Shown: positions 54,031-63,970, numbered from the stretch's first letter. The stretch: DNA of 64,000 nt from Patescibacteria group bacterium (GCA_035289165.1 DATDYA010000008.1:572-64571), one strand, 5' to 3'. A program made the numbers and translations. The notes: generated from the sequence alone by a model not told the origin.

Positions 54031-54062
54031 GTACAAAAAACCTCCCGTTTAAGGGAGGTTTT
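54031..54062 (-). terminator. Intrinsic terminator after rplA
   Basis: AACCTCCC / GGGAGGTT stem with a 6-nt loop. Read on the minus strand it is followed by TTTTTTGT. Confidence 0.6.
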
Positions 54063-54069
54063 AGAAGCT

Positions 54070-54747
54070 CTATTTTTCTGACACTCTAATCGCCGGACCC
54101 ATCGTACTGGTAATTATCAGATTCTGGACGTAGGTTCCTTTGGAAGTGTTTGGTTTTACCTTAGTTAGGGCATCTGTGAAGGCCGTAAAATTTTCTTTTA
54201 GTTGCTCTTCGGTGAAACTAGCTCGGCCGATTGTCACATGGACGTTGGCAGTGTCATCGTTTTTAAAGGTAATTTTACCCTTTTTGAGCTCTTCAACCAT
54301 CTTTTTAATGTTCGGCCCGACTGTTTCCGTCTTGGGGTTTGGCATCAAGCCTTTTGGACCAAGGATTTTCGCTACCGCGGCCATTTTTGGCATCATGTCT
54401 GGGGTAGTAACCGCCACTTCAAAGTCGAATTTGCCGGTATCTTTCAGTTTTTTAATCTCTTCTTCGCCGTAGATGACGTCTGCTCCAGCTTCTTTAGCTT
54501 CCGCTACTTTTTCTGGGCTAACGAAAGCGGCGACTTTCTTTGTTTTACCGCTACCATGTGGCAAAACGACGGTCGCGCGGATTTGTTGTTCACCCTTTTT
54601 TGGGTCAATTCCGAGACGGACGTGTAATTCGATGGAAGCATCGAATTTGGTGTTAGACGTTTCTTTGACTAACTTAATGGCTTCGGCCGGAGTGTAGATC
54701 TTGTTTTTATCTACTTTTTCCTTTAAAGCCTTCATCCTTTTGGACAT
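54070..54747 (-). CDS. rplA: 50S ribosomal protein L1
   Basis: MSKRMKALKEKVDKNKIYTPAEAIKLVKE... is the typical L1 N-terminus. The fold is conserved along 225 aa. The start is placed at MSKRMKAL. Confidence 0.9.
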   Translation of the reverse strand: MSKRMKALKEKVDKNKIYTPAEAIKLVKETSNTKFDASIELHVRLGIDPKKGEQQIRATVVLPHGSGKTKKVAAFVSPEKVAEAKEAGADVIYGEEEIKKLKDTGKFDFEVAVTTPDMMPKMAAVAKILGPKGLMPNPKTETVGPNIKKMVEELKKGKITFKNDDTANVHVTIGRASFTEEQLKENFTAFTDALTKVKPNTSKGTYVQNLIITSTMGPAIRVSEK

Positions 54748-54829
54748 AAACTTGTTTGTTACGTGGTACAAACTCCCGAGTGGTCGGGATCCCACATATA
54801 TAAAGTGCAGTATTTATACTGGATTTAAG

Positions 54830-56302
54830 CTATTTTGTCAAGGTCAAGGCCGGGGTAACTGGGTTTTGAACGTAGTTTCCCAAAATGTGCCGGCTGTGGT
54901 AATCTAGGCCATTTAAAACCTCCTTAGCTGTTTGTTTTTGGGTAATTTCATCAAAAACCAGTCGGCCATCCTTTTTGTATATAATGACCTCGCAACCTTC
55001 AGGTAGAAGACAGTGGTGAACGCCGCCGATGCCAGAAATCATTTCTTGGTAAGCACCAACGCCGAATACCCCAATATACAATTCATTGTCTTTAGAAAAC
55101 TCTGGTAAAAACATTTCTCGGTTTTTGTGGAAAGTATCATCAGGATCGCAAGTAATTCCGCCGAGTCGAACCAGTTTACCAGGTCGATCCCAGCCATTAA
55201 TCGGGAGAACTACAAATTCCTGCCCCAAGGCCCAAGAATCCGGCAGGTGGGTCATGATGCTACCGTTAATAATATACCAGTTAGCCGTACGGTGGGGGAT
55301 GCTTTTTTCTAGGATCACTTTGAAGATAAAGAAGCTGTGATCGTTCACAGTATACCGTCCGTACTCGCCGATCAAATTCGGTGCTCTACAGTTAGCGTGT
55401 TTGGCGGTCTGACCAAGGGTTTTAATTAAGTCATTAAATAGTTTGGTGTAATCAAATTTAAAACATAGGTTGTATTGCACCGGTAGCCCTCCGCCCAAGT
55501 CCAAGGTCTCAAGGTCGGGGTAGATCTTTTTTATCTCGGCGTAATTTTCGACAAAGATTTTTTTCACCGCCCGGACATAAGAAGGGATGTCCTCGATCAT
55601 ACCGCCAAAATGGATATGAAAAGTGGTAAATTTTAACTTTGGATAGTTTCTTAACCGTTTAGCAGTATCCAACATTTCTTTAAAGGTCAAACCAAAACGC
55701 GTGTCAGAACGCGAGCTAAGTCGAGGCGGCAAGAGAGATTTTTTGATCGGATATTCGTCTACATTTAGTCGCAGCCCGATTTCAAATTCTAGACCACCAT
55801 TGATTAAGGCCTCCAGTTCATCGAGGTTTTCAACAATTGGTCGAAGGTTTAGGCCTTGTTTTTTTAAATAAAAAAGCCGCGTTAAGTAGCGGTCAAATTT
55901 AAAACCATTGCAGATAATTAAGCGGTCTTTGCTAATGATTTTTTTCTTAAATAAGTATTCCACTATATCCAAGTCATAGCTCGAGGTTATTTCGAGTGCA
56001 TCCGCTCCGTTCAAGGCTGTGGTAATTACCTCACTAAAGTAATTGGCTTTTGAGGCGTAGGCATAGGTAAAGGTCCCCGGGTAATTGTGACGGTGAATGG
56101 CTTCCCCAACAATTTTTTTGATATTCAAAATTCTGTCCTCGATCATCGGGGTGTAGGCTACTTCGAGGGGGTCAGTATAGTTTTTGACCAACTTTAAAAG
56201 ATCGATCTCCTTGTAAAACAGCGTGTTGTTTTTGACCTCTAAGTAGTCGTTAATTTTATTTTTATTCCCGGTAACATTCCGGAGATATTCACGGTAGAAC
56301 AT
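54830..56302 (-). CDS. PLP-dependent arginine-decarboxylase-like enzyme (Orn/DAP/Arg decarboxylase fold-III family, SpeA-like)
   Basis: YPGTFTYAYASKANY (PLP lysine), DLGGGLPVQY (Gly-rich motif) and EYGRYTV. At 490 aa it is shorter than E. coli SpeA. Confidence 0.6.
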   Translation of the reverse strand: MFYREYLRNVTGNKNKINDYLEVKNNTLFYKEIDLLKLVKNYTDPLEVAYTPMIEDRILNIKKIVGEAIHRHNYPGTFTYAYASKANYFSEVITTALNGADALEITSSYDLDIVEYLFKKKIISKDRLIICNGFKFDRYLTRLFYLKKQGLNLRPIVENLDELEALINGGLEFEIGLRLNVDEYPIKKSLLPPRLSSRSDTRFGLTFKEMLDTAKRLRNYPKLKFTTFHIHFGGMIEDIPSYVRAVKKIFVENYAEIKKIYPDLETLDLGGGLPVQYNLCFKFDYTKLFNDLIKTLGQTAKHANCRAPNLIGEYGRYTVNDHSFFIFKVILEKSIPHRTANWYIINGSIMTHLPDSWALGQEFVVLPINGWDRPGKLVRLGGITCDPDDTFHKNREMFLPEFSKDNELYIGVFGVGAYQEMISGIGGVHHCLLPEGCEVIIYKKDGRLVFDEITQKQTAKEVLNGLDYHSRHILGNYVQNPVTPALTLTK

Positions 56303-56391
56303 TACGCACTTTTTCTAGAACTAGAATATTAAAGCAAAAACAAAAATGTTTTGCAATAGGTCTAGCAGAAAACTGTGTATAACTTTCCCGC

Positions 56392-57825
56392 CTATTTTAT
56401 TTCTCCAACGTCGTGAGCGCCACTTTCCTTCCAACCGGCGGCGGTAATCTGGACGAATTCAGTATTATTTTGAAGTTCACTAATTGTCCTAGAGTTGGTA
56501 TAGCTCATGCCGCTTTTTAATCCGCCTACCAATTGGTTTACAATATCTACGACCGTCCCACGGAAGGGGACAATCGACTCAACGCCTTCCGGAACGACTT
56601 CTGACAGGTCTTTTTTCTCTAATTTAGCAGATTTTCTGTGGTGGCTAACCAGATAGGAGGCGCTACCAGAATACATTTTATATTTCTTCCCACCACGCGT
56701 CATTATTGAACCAGGGCTTTCTGTAGTGCCGGTAAATAGGCTACCGGCCATCATTGTGTCTGCCCCAGCCGCAATGGCCTTAACAATATCACCGGAGCGC
56801 TGGATACCACCGTCGGCGATGACCGGCACACCATATTTTTTCGCTACCGCCGAGCACTGCATGACCGCCGTTAGTTGCGGCATGCCACAACCAGTCACCA
56901 TTCGGGTGATACAAATTGTTCCTGGTCCTACTCCAATCTTTACCGCATCTACCCCCGCTTCACACAATTCACGGGCGGCTTCCGCGGTGGCAATATTTCC
57001 GGCAATTATTTGTATATCTCCACAAATTGCTCGAACTTTACTGATAGCGTTAAACATAAGATCAGAATGACCATGAGCAATATCCAGTACTAATACGTCG
57101 ACACCCGCCTCTGCTAGAGCTTGGGCTCGTTCCATGTAGTCTCCAGTTACACCGACTGAACCGCCAACGATTAATTGACCATCGTTATCGACATTGGCAT
57201 GCGGGTAGTCGTTTAGGTGTTTGATGTCAGTTAGAGTAATCAGGCCGACGACAACATTGTCGTTGTCAACCAGTGGCAGTTTTTCCACTTTGTGCTCGGC
57301 CATTTTTTTCTTGGCTTCGGCGAAAGTTGTATCTTTACTGCCCACCACTAGTTTTTCCCGGGGGGTCATAACTTCTCCGACCAGCTGGTAATCGCTGGTG
57401 GCGAGTAACAGGTCCCGGCTAGACAATATCCCACGGAGACGGTGGTCACCATTCGCAACAATTAAACCGCTGGCGCCAATGTTATTAATAAATTCCCTGG
57501 CTTCACCGACCGTCTTTGTTGGTTCAATGGTATATGGATCAGTAATGATATAATTCTGTGCCCGCTTTACTTTCTTAATCGCTTCCACGTTTTCTTCAAT
57601 GGTCATGAAGCGGTGAACAATACCGATGCCGCCCAAGCGCGCCATGGTTATGGCCATTTCTGGTCCAGTAACCGAGTCCATATTAGCGCTCACAATCGGT
57701 ATGTTTAAACTAATTTTTTTTGTTAACCTAGTTTTAGTATTAGCTTCTCGCCGAGAAGTAAGAGTTGACCGTTTTGGTACAATTAAAACGTCATCATAAG
57801 TAAGGGCCAATGGGATGTTGTGCAT
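56392..57825 (-). CDS. guaB: IMP dehydrogenase
   Basis: Catalytic loop GVGPGTICITR, an inserted CBS pair, and a C-terminal flap GGLKSGMSYT. 477 aa. Confidence 0.9.
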   Translation of the reverse strand: MHNIPLALTYDDVLIVPKRSTLTSRREANTKTRLTKKISLNIPIVSANMDSVTGPEMAITMARLGGIGIVHRFMTIEENVEAIKKVKRAQNYIITDPYTIEPTKTVGEAREFINNIGASGLIVANGDHRLRGILSSRDLLLATSDYQLVGEVMTPREKLVVGSKDTTFAEAKKKMAEHKVEKLPLVDNDNVVVGLITLTDIKHLNDYPHANVDNDGQLIVGGSVGVTGDYMERAQALAEAGVDVLVLDIAHGHSDLMFNAISKVRAICGDIQIIAGNIATAEAARELCEAGVDAVKIGVGPGTICITRMVTGCGMPQLTAVMQCSAVAKKYGVPVIADGGIQRSGDIVKAIAAGADTMMAGSLFTGTTESPGSIMTRGGKKYKMYSGSASYLVSHHRKSAKLEKKDLSEVVPEGVESIVPFRGTVVDIVNQLVGGLKSGMSYTNSRTISELQNNTEFVQITAAGWKESGAHDVGEIK

Positions 57826-57919
57826 AATTTTTTAGTAGTTATCCTCCCCGGTAAATAATAGCACCCCCTGAACAAGTTGTTAAGGGGGTGAAAGCTTCGG
57901 GCTGCGGACGATGTTTGAA

Positions 57920-58393
57920 CTAAAATTTATTTCTCAATGTCTGTAAGATAGTATTCCCGAATACTTGGAAGCTATCCTCTGTTAATTTTGAAATTTCTAC
58001 CCATTCTGGTTTGTTTGACTCATCATCAGATACATTGTTTTTGTTTGTTAATTCTAATGTTTTTGGTTGACATAAAAAGATAAAAGCAAATACCTGGAAT
58101 GCTTCCCTGGTCGGATCGTAGTAAAAATTTCTTTCTTCACAGGAAAGGCACTCGCCAACTTCTACTTCTGTACCTGTTTCCTCCCAGACTTCTCGTTTTA
58201 ATGCCTGTTGTCTGGTTTCGCCAGGTTCCATAGCACCACCCGGTAGAGTATACTTTCCTGTACTTTTTACATCCGTTAGTAAAATTTTATCTTCATATAA
58301 AATAATACCATAGGAGCTGGGCCGAAAAACTATTTTATCTTTTGGTACCATTATTTTTTCCCCGTGCAATGTGTTAAATTCGACATCGTTCAT
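57920..58393 (-). CDS. NUDIX hydrolase
   Basis: Nudix box GGAMEPGETRQQALKREVWEETG. Confidence 0.8.
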   Translation of the reverse strand: MNDVEFNTLHGEKIMVPKDKIVFRPSSYGIILYEDKILLTDVKSTGKYTLPGGAMEPGETRQQALKREVWEETGTEVEVGECLSCEERNFYYDPTREAFQVFAFIFLCQPKTLELTNKNNVSDDESNKPEWVEISKLTEDSFQVFGNTILQTLRNKF

Positions 58394-58515
58394 AGTTTCT
58401 CTTTATTGAATAGATAAATAGATATTATCATTTTTCTCTGCATTTTGAAAGATTAGTTCGAATTCCGCTCCCAGGTATAAAAAAATATGACTTAAGTTAG
58501 CCATATTTTCTGGAG

Positions 58516-58587
58516 CTCCGGGACCTGGATTCGAACCAGGGATATCCACGTTAACAGCGTGGCGTTGTACCACTCAACTATCCCGGA
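58516..58587 (-). tRNA. tRNA-Asn (anticodon GTT), 72 nt, CCA not encoded
   Basis: Manual fold: acceptor stem TCCGGGA / TCCCGGA, D arm GTTG-AGTGGTA-CAAC, anticodon arm CCACG-CTGTTAA-CGTGG (U33, GUU, A37), 5-nt variable loop, T arm CCTGG-TTCGAAT-CCAGG and discriminator G. Confidence 0.85.
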
Positions 58588-58617
58588 ATAAAAAACCCTT
58601 CCGAGCGGGAAGGGTTT
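58588..58617 (-). terminator. Intrinsic terminator after the 58732-59139 membrane protein gene, abutting the tRNA 5' end
   Basis: 9-bp stem AACCCTTCC / GGAAGGGTT with a 5-nt loop. Read on the minus strand it is followed by TTTTAT. Confidence 0.5.
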
Positions 58618-58731
58618 AATCGTTGAATTAAAAGCCTACCCGCAAATCGGTGGGTTATTGTTATTATTGTTGCGGTTAGCTTTTGTCATAGTAGAAGTAC
58701 TATAGCCTATTTATCGTACTCTGTCAATATA

Positions 58732-59139
58732 TTAGACCATTTTCTTTCTAGCATAGTACCAGTGGAAGGCAAATAATGGAATACCTACAACAATGAACGA
58801 AATGTCTGTAACCAGATTACGTTGTCTTTGGGATTTCATATTGAGCCGTTCTCTTTCTTGGAATTTTTCTTCTTGAGCCGCACATTCCGTTGGGGTTAGT
58901 TTTTTAACTTCAGATGGTTCGGCAACTGCCCCCGGTTTCTCGCCATTGTTAATATTCATATCACATTCAACTCCCGGATAGTAGTTGTATTGGTCTGCCG
59001 CTGTAAAGATGTAAGTTTTTAAGACGATGTTAATCAAATTGGCTGTTGAAAAAACAACCATCATGAGAGCGACAAACGAGACGAGATAAAAATATATATT
59101 CTTGATGATTATAACCTTGTTACTGGTGGTATTTTCCAT
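58732..59139 (-). CDS. Hypothetical small membrane protein (135 aa, two predicted TM helices)
   Basis: An N-terminal TM (YFYLVSFVALMMVVFSTANLINIV) and a C-terminal TM (ISFIVVGIPLFAFHWYY). The central region has two Cys. Confidence 0.5.
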   Translation of the reverse strand: MENTTSNKVIIIKNIYFYLVSFVALMMVVFSTANLINIVLKTYIFTAADQYNYYPGVECDMNINNGEKPGAVAEPSEVKKLTPTECAAQEEKFQERERLNMKSQRQRNLVTDISFIVVGIPLFAFHWYYARKKMV

Positions 59140-59161
59140 AAATTAATATGTTAGTTAGTAA

Positions 59162-60139
59162 TTAAATTTGGATACCAATTATTTTTTTCACTTCTTCCAT
59201 TTTTTTAGTCGCTAACTTTTGGGCTTTGTTTGCACCGGTGGCTAAAATTTCTTTGGCTTCTTTGTCAGATATTTTATTAAATTTGTTTTGGAATTCTTGC
59301 AAGAAGTTTTCAACCACCTCAGCTAATCCTTTTTTAAAGTCACCGTAACCTTGGCCAGCATATTGTTTTTCAACTTCTTTAATCGAAAGCCCGGAGAGTA
59401 GGGAGTAGATGGTAAGCAAATTAGTTAACGCTGGTTTATCTCCTCCAGACGTAACTTCAGTTCCGGAGTCAGTTACTGCCCGCATAATTTTTTTCTTGGC
59501 CACCTCAGGCTCGTCTAAGAGTGAGATATAGTTGTTTACCGAACTGGCGCTCTTACTCATTTTTTTACTGGGGTCATCTAGCGCCAAGATAAGTGCACCT
59601 TCTTTTTTAATTAACGGTTCAGGGATGGTAAAAGTATCGCCATACAAGGAATTAAACCTTCGAGTGACCACCCGTGTCAACTCCAAATGTTGTTCTTGGT
59701 CTTTGCCGACCGGTACCAAGTCCGTGTCATAAAGAACAATGTCTGCCACCATGAGTACGGGATAATCAAATAAACCCATGTTGACATTCTCTTTGTGCGC
59801 TTTGGCTTTGTCTTTAAACTGGGTCATGCGCTCTAGCTCGCTTGTTTTGGTAATAGTGTTCAAAACCCAAGCTAATTCGGCATGTTCTTTAACATCCGAC
59901 TGCTGAAAGATGATGGATCTATTCGGGTCGATACCTAAAGCCACATAAGTTTTAACAACATTTAAAATATTCTCTCGTAATGCCTCTGGTTTTTGGTAGA
60001 CGGTCAAAGCATGTAGGTCAACAACACAAAAAATACACTCATATTCTTTTTGCAAGTCAATCCAGTTTTTTATCGCTCCCAAATAGTTTCCAATGTGTAA
60101 GTTGTTTGTTGGCTGAACGCCAGAAAATACTCGTTTCAT
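59162..60139 (-). CDS. trpS: Tryptophan--tRNA ligase
   Basis: HIGH-class motif (NNLHIGNYLG) and KMSKS (KMSKSASS). 325 aa. Confidence 0.9.
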   Translation of the reverse strand: MKRVFSGVQPTNNLHIGNYLGAIKNWIDLQKEYECIFCVVDLHALTVYQKPEALRENILNVVKTYVALGIDPNRSIIFQQSDVKEHAELAWVLNTITKTSELERMTQFKDKAKAHKENVNMGLFDYPVLMVADIVLYDTDLVPVGKDQEQHLELTRVVTRRFNSLYGDTFTIPEPLIKKEGALILALDDPSKKMSKSASSVNNYISLLDEPEVAKKKIMRAVTDSGTEVTSGGDKPALTNLLTIYSLLSGLSIKEVEKQYAGQGYGDFKKGLAEVVENFLQEFQNKFNKISDKEAKEILATGANKAQKLATKKMEEVKKIIGIQI

Positions 60140-60252
60140 ACAATATTTAAAGTTAACTAAGATAATCTAATTTTAGCAAAAGGCGAGTTAATAAGCAAGC
60201 TGTACAAGACGGTTCATTAGTGTATAATACTTTTACTTAATATTTTAAACAT

Positions 60253-61863
60253 ATGGAAGACGAAAGAGAAAAAAACAACTGGGATGGTTTTAGCCAAACC
60301 GATGTCGATGTTTTTTGTGAAGAATTGTTTGGTGAACTGGAAAAATCGCCGCAAAACATGGCGGTTTGGGTCGAGACAACTAGGTCTCGGATTAAGGAAA
60401 AACTCTTAGAAAAATTAAAAGGTCAGTTGGTGGGTGGAGACACTCTGGATTGGAAAAAAGTTTTGGGTTATGCCGAGATTGGCCGTTATAGCCAGATGAT
60501 AAAGCACCCCAAGGATTCGGAGGTTGGTAGATATTTGCGCACTGAAGAAGTGGCTGGAAAAGTGGAGTTTTTTCCCAAGGAAGAGGTCGCTCATGTCGCC
60601 CGGGTTTACAGCGAAATGACCAGCCGGATTCTCTTAAAACTATTGGAATCTAACCTGGTTAATGATTTGAACATTAACGAACAGTCTCTCCTAAGTTTAG
60701 GTTTAAACGTCAACGTCCACTTTGGTCGTATTTATGATCGCCAAAACCAAAAGGCCGAGGGGTATAAAGGGTTCGTGAACAAGGATGAAACCGGTCACAC
60801 CTGGAATTACCTTCCCCACGAATGGAAATCTTTGCCCGAAGGGGACCCAGATAAACAGGCTACCGAGAATTATCTTTTAGCCCGCTCAAGTGACTTGGCC
60901 CAAAAAGGTTTGTTGGCTGAAGCGCGTTATGCGGGAGCTCTATTAAAAATTTTGCAAAGTTCAAACCAAGCTGATTACCAGATGGCTGGGTTGGAATTGG
61001 ATCGCGCCTGGATCGCTTTAATGCAACAAACACCGCGAGTGGTCGTCTCGGCTTTAATGGAGAGAAACGAAGCCGAGCGTAGTGGTTATAACCGTTTGAG
61101 TATGGAAGTGGCGCGCGTTGACGAGGCCTCGCCGTTTACCAAAGCTTTGCGTGATGAACAAAAGAGGTTTTTCACTTGGTTGGAAAAAGATGAGAAGTTA
61201 AAATCCTTGGTACCAGAAATGGTGCGTGTTCAGGCCGAATCAATGCCACTGTTGCCAGTACGGATCATCGCTGTTTCCGGCCGAGTATGGGAAGTTAAAT
61301 TCGGGGCAGCCCAAACCATCCCCGACGGTCCAGAATTTGAACGTGAAGGACAAGCCGCGCTTTTTTTTGAGGATCGTTTTGACCCACCGAAGACAATCAA
61401 GGAGGGATTAGTTATTGCTCCCGCTGATCGCGTCACAAAATTAGCTGATTATGAACTTGGTCATACCTTAAGCCATTACGATGAATATGCTAAAGCCACC
61501 CTTGAATACACCAAGGCTCGTTTATTTAGTGTTGCCTCTTTGTCTGACAGCGAAGATCTGGATTTGGTAAGGAAAAGAATTTATCTTTTGCATGAAGATA
61601 TTGGGCGTGTTGTCAACACCCAAGGTGAACAATATGATATTTTTAAAAAGCTTGCTAAGAAAATGTTTACCGACCAGGGTTATTTAACTGGGGAGGACGA
61701 ATTAAATCTAGATGCTTTAGCTGACAATGAAAAAAATCGAGCCTTTGTTAGTAGCGCTCGGTTAAAGTTGATTGGTATGCTGGAGTTGCATCGTCGTTTG
61801 GCTGAAGAAATTCCCGAAGAGGACAAAGCACAACTGATTGAAGATTTTCTCGCCGAATTTTAG
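60253..61863 (+). CDS. Hypothetical cytosolic protein (536 aa)
   Basis: Long intact ORF with no recognisable motif. Divergent from trpS. Confidence 0.6.
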   Translation: MEDEREKNNWDGFSQTDVDVFCEELFGELEKSPQNMAVWVETTRSRIKEKLLEKLKGQLVGGDTLDWKKVLGYAEIGRYSQMIKHPKDSEVGRYLRTEEVAGKVEFFPKEEVAHVARVYSEMTSRILLKLLESNLVNDLNINEQSLLSLGLNVNVHFGRIYDRQNQKAEGYKGFVNKDETGHTWNYLPHEWKSLPEGDPDKQATENYLLARSSDLAQKGLLAEARYAGALLKILQSSNQADYQMAGLELDRAWIALMQQTPRVVVSALMERNEAERSGYNRLSMEVARVDEASPFTKALRDEQKRFFTWLEKDEKLKSLVPEMVRVQAESMPLLPVRIIAVSGRVWEVKFGAAQTIPDGPEFEREGQAALFFEDRFDPPKTIKEGLVIAPADRVTKLADYELGHTLSHYDEYAKATLEYTKARLFSVASLSDSEDLDLVRKRIYLLHEDIGRVVNTQGEQYDIFKKLAKKMFTDQGYLTGEDELNLDALADNEKNRAFVSSARLKLIGMLELHRRLAEEIPEEDKAQLIEDFLAEF

Positions 61864-62339
61864 TAGTGGTATTTTTTACCAGCGTTTATCATGAAAGTAC
61901 GGTAGAGTTGTTCAATTAGGAATACCCGTGCCATTTGATGGGTAAAAGTAAAGGAAGATAGTGAAAGCAGTAAGTTGGCCTTCTTTCGAATCTCGTCGGT
62001 TAACCCCAACGGTCCGCCGATGACAAAAGTAATATTGCTAACTCCCTGATTCTCTAGAGTAGAAACCTTTTCCGCCAATTTGTTTGAAGAAAAGGATTTA
62101 CCAGTTTCGTCCAAAATAACAATGTATCCTTTAGGCGCCTTATTCAAGGCGTCTTTAATTTTTCTCGCTTCTTTTTCTTTAATCGTCTCCGGCCCATCTT
62201 TTTCGTCAAAAGATTCTTCCTTTAGTTCCATTATTTCCACTTTTGCAAAAGCTTGCAGACGTTTTAAATATTCCGCTTCTGCTTCGCGCCAGTAGGATTC
62301 TTTGAGTTTGCCGAGGCAGATAATTGTTATGTGTAGCAT
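61860..62339 (-). CDS. rlmH: 23S rRNA (pseudouridine1915-N3)-methyltransferase RlmH
   Basis: SPOUT fold of about 155 aa, with a GKLKESYWREAEAEYLKRL N-terminus and a C-terminal LSLSSFTFTHQMARVFLIEQLYR block. Confidence 0.85.
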   Translation of the reverse strand: MLHITIICLGKLKESYWREAEAEYLKRLQAFAKVEIMELKEESFDEKDGPETIKEKEARKIKDALNKAPKGYIVILDETGKSFSSNKLAEKVSTLENQGVSNITFVIGGPLGLTDEIRKKANLLLSLSSFTFTHQMARVFLIEQLYRTFMINAGKKYHY

Positions 62340-62341
62340 GG

Positions 62342-62929
62342 TTAGAATTTGGCGATAATTAAATCTATAATTTCTCCAACGAATTTGGTCAGTCTATCCT
62401 GTAAATTTACTTCGGCCGTAATACCTGGTAACACCCAACTTTTAAAACTAACTAGGGCGGAAGATCTAAATTCTTTCGGATCAGGTATGTTCTCAATGTC
62501 GTCTACCAAAGCTAACAACTCATTTTCTAACAACCTTAATTTTTCAACATATTTATCGTAGTCAGCATACCGAGTATAAATACCCCCCATTCCTTTTTTT
62601 ATTTCGATTCCTAGTGTCGCAATTTTTTCTGTTATTCTTTTTTTTAATTCTTCTTTGGTGTCGGCCAACTCTCTTGTTGGTTCGGGATTTTTGTTAACTT
62701 CTATTTTTTTATCTAAAGCCTCCCGGACTGCCATCACTGCGTCTTTTTGTCTTTCATTCATCTTCCCGGTGTCTAATTTTTGTAGCCCGTGGTCTAGAGT
62801 AACTAATTCAGCTTTTGCTAATTTATCAATTATTTCGGGAGTAATTTGCCCGGTTATAATTTGTACAAGTAGCATTTGCGGATTGGTTTCAACCCGCGGT
62901 ATTCCTGCTGGTGATTTTTCCCCGGCCAT
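62342..62929 (-). CDS. Hypothetical protein (195 aa)
   Basis: Intact ORF tightly packed between rlmH and rlmN on the same strand. No recognisable motif. Confidence 0.55.
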   Translation of the reverse strand: MAGEKSPAGIPRVETNPQMLLVQIITGQITPEIIDKLAKAELVTLDHGLQKLDTGKMNERQKDAVMAVREALDKKIEVNKNPEPTRELADTKEELKKRITEKIATLGIEIKKGMGGIYTRYADYDKYVEKLRLLENELLALVDDIENIPDPKEFRSSALVSFKSWVLPGITAEVNLQDRLTKFVGEIIDLIIAKF

Positions 62930-62965
62930 ATAACTTAACTTTTAGAATTTAGAATTATTCACGAA

Positions 62966-63970
62966 TTATATCCTAGCACGGTTGTGTAACTGCCCGCAAG
63001 CCGCTGAAATATCCTGGCCCTGGGAGTGGCGAATGGTGGAAATAAACCCTTTGGCTAAAAGAGCTGTTTGCCATGTTTCGATTGTTTCTTTTTTTGACCC
63101 CTGAAATAGCCCGGGGTTATTGGGATCAGTATTATAGGGGATAAGATTTATCCTCACTCGACCCAACTTGGAAGCTAGTTTTATCAAAGCCTTCAGATGT
63201 TTGTCATCATCATTCACTCCTTCCAAAAAAGTGTATTCCAATCCAATGAAATGCGTTCGACTGGGGAATCGTCGATGGTATTTATTTGCCCAGGTGATTA
63301 GCCATTCCAAAAAACCTTTTTGGTGGGATAATATTATTTTTTTTCGACTTTCTTCAATGGCTGTATGTAAAGACAAAGCGAAACGAACCGCTGGGAAGTC
63401 TGGGTCGTCGAGCAGGCGGTCCATGGCCTGCGGCACGCCAACTGTCGAAAGGGTAATTTTCCTTGGCCCGATGTCAACGTATTTTAGAAATAGATTGAGG
63501 GCCTCTTTAACATTATCATAGTTTAACAACGGCTCCCCCTGTCCCATAAGGACAATGTTGTTAATTTGTCCGGCGGGATCGGTTTTAATTAATTCTTTTT
63601 GCCAAAAGCGAAATTGGTCAACTATTTCTTCCACTAAAAGATTTCTTTTAAAGCCCAATTTACCGGTGGTACAAAACGCACAACGCATTGGACAACCAAC
63701 CTGGGTAGAAAGACAGACCGTATAGCGGTGCTCGGCCTCCTTTTTGCTCTTATCTATTCGTGGCATGAGAACTGTCTCAATTAAGGCTCCGTCGGCTAAC
63801 TCTAATAACACTTTCTTGGTTCCATCACTCGGACTTGTCTCCAAAGCCGTCTGTTTAACCGAGATCCAAGGTACCTCGGCCAATTTTTCGCGTAATTCTT
63901 TGCTCAAAGTCGTTAATTCGGCATAAGAATTCAGTTTCGGATCAAACCAGGCTAAATATACCTGTTTCAA
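62966..63970 (-). CDS. rlmN: Dual-specificity RNA methyltransferase RlmN (radical SAM, 23S rRNA A2503 / tRNA A37 C2)
   Basis: CPMRCAFC radical-SAM triad preceded by VCLSTQVGC. The C-terminal SAACGQL motif carries the catalytic Cys pair. 334 aa. Confidence 0.85.
   Translation of the reverse strand: MKQVYLAWFDPKLNSYAELTTLSKELREKLAEVPWISVKQTALETSPSDGTKKVLLELADGALIETVLMPRIDKSKKEAEHRYTVCLSTQVGCPMRCAFCTTGKLGFKRNLLVEEIVDQFRFWQKELIKTDPAGQINNIVLMGQGEPLLNYDNVKEALNLFLKYVDIGPRKITLSTVGVPQAMDRLLDDPDFPAVRFALSLHTAIEESRKKIILSHQKGFLEWLITWANKYHRRFPSRTHFIGLEYTFLEGVNDDDKHLKALIKLASKLGRVRINLIPYNTDPNNPGLFQGSKKETIETWQTALLAKGFISTIRHSQGQDISAACGQLHNRARI

Noticed and set aside
54748-54829. L1-binding autoregulatory mRNA structure upstream of rplA
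   Set aside because: Only a 5-bp hairpin is visible, and I cannot confirm resemblance to the 23S L1 site without a covariance model. It is mentioned as a hypothesis only.
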